Shown here in pieces: positions 62,941-64,000 of a stretch of 64,000 bases of DNA. A program made the translations under genes and the position numbers. How positions within the stretch are numbered: the first letter of the stretch is position 1; the number at the start of each line of letters is the position of its first letter. The DNA comes from Octopus bimaculoides (taxonomy: Eukaryota). The notes under the pieces were generated by a model that saw nothing but the letters and a program-made list of their open reading frames with translations, ran no database searches and was not told the DNA's origin. Location of the stretch: NCBI RefSeq assembly GCF_001194135.2, contig NC_068981.1, positions 55,942,127-56,006,126 of the forward strand, given 5' to 3'.

Positions 62941-63807
62941 TACCTGTTTGGCGAATATATTATTCTTTATCTATAACATCGTCGTTGTCGCTGTCATATT
63001 ATCTGTTATATAACTTCTCTTTCCTGATACATTTGCTAAACAGCTTAAACTGTTTGTATGGCATATTGGCTTCCTTTTTGAAAGGGAAATACTTATATAG
63101 TAAACAAATTCTTGCTTTGTGAATAAGCCAGTTAGCGAATGTTGCCGCGCTCGCAAAAAATAACAACCAAAGTTTACTATATTGTCTGTAAACAAAAGAA
63201 TGACATTGGAACATTTATTCCCTGGCACAATGAAGGGACCAGAAGATGGTCATGGGCCCCACTTAGGTTTTCCGGGCACCAAACCGATGTAGTGACTGCA
63301 CCTTGCTTTCACTGGCCCTGCCTCCAGTCGAAACGCTCTCGAATATAACAAATGATAATTTCTAGTAAAAGTCCAAGCTTTATTTATAACCAGCAAATCT
63401 GCCCATCTATGATGGAGGCATAAAGTGAGGGAGGGAAATCATAACAGTATGTATTGATAAATGTGTAAATGGGCTTGAAAGATTAGAGAAATCACATTAT
63501 TATTGGTGATGCAGCATTATATTGCAGCTATATGACGTGTCTGCGACTAAGTGACATATGATGATGATTCACTCCGGAACTGAAATAGGCTCCCACCCTC
63601 TAGATTATGAATGGTTATGTGGACCACTATTAATGAAAGCCAGAGTTTCCTTCGATCACTACATAAAAAGTATTAAGAAAAAAAATGTTATTTAGATATA
63701 CTTTTATTTTAGTTGTTTACACTATTTTACGCTTGTTTATACTCTTATACATTCAAAGTTCACAAATTTCCTTATTTAAATTATGAACCATATTCCTTTC
63801 GATAATA

Positions 63808-63995
63808 GGGCGGCGAGCTGCTAGAATCGTTAGCACGCCGGGCGAAATGCTTAGCGGTATTTCGTTTGCCGAGGTCGACTTTGCCTCTCATCCTTTCGAG
63901 GTCGATTAAATAAGTACCAGTTACTTAATTGACTCAATTCCTTTGTCTGCCCTTGTTTTTCCGCTCTGTTTAGCCCCCTGTGGGCAATAAAGAAA
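63808..63995 (+). mobile_element. SINE family B copy with internal deletion
   Basis: Head ggcggcgagctg..gaatcgttagcacgccgggcgaaatgcttagcgg; central gtcgactttgcc..catcctttcg.ggtcga. Confidence 0.8.
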
Positions 63996-64000
63996 TAAAT

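Noticed and set aside
63230-63330. Second hAT-like MITE (..agggacc...ggccctg)
   Set aside because: TIR match is poor and I found no TSD.

Overview
AT-rich animal genomic DNA with 7 assembly gaps. The repeat families look like Octopus (inferred from memory, not searched). One protein-coding gene is supported: a + strand novel protein kinase C of the delta/theta type. I assembled it by hand from 16 GT-AG coding exons (11711-49828) with consistent phases, giving 2025 nt = 674 aa + stop (novel C2, pseudosubstrate, C1A, C1B, kinase, turn and hydrophobic motifs). Its first coding intron is 23,558 bp and packed with decayed mobile elements: RTE, CR1-group and Penelope-like retroelements, several tRNA-headed SINE families, and mariner, hAT and piggyBac-type MITEs, some nested three deep. 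A ~6 kb TE-poor candidate 3' UTR follows, then a CpG-retaining intergenic region with an R4/Dong-type retroelement. Most ORFs in the supplied track are artefacts of microsatellites, gaps or TE fragments. Best leads: a tRNA-headed SINE carrying a hammerhead-ribozyme core, a Penelope-like element between long inverted repeats, a conventional-type Tyr at C1B position 22 of this novel PKC, and a CpG-decay boundary at about 55.8 kb.
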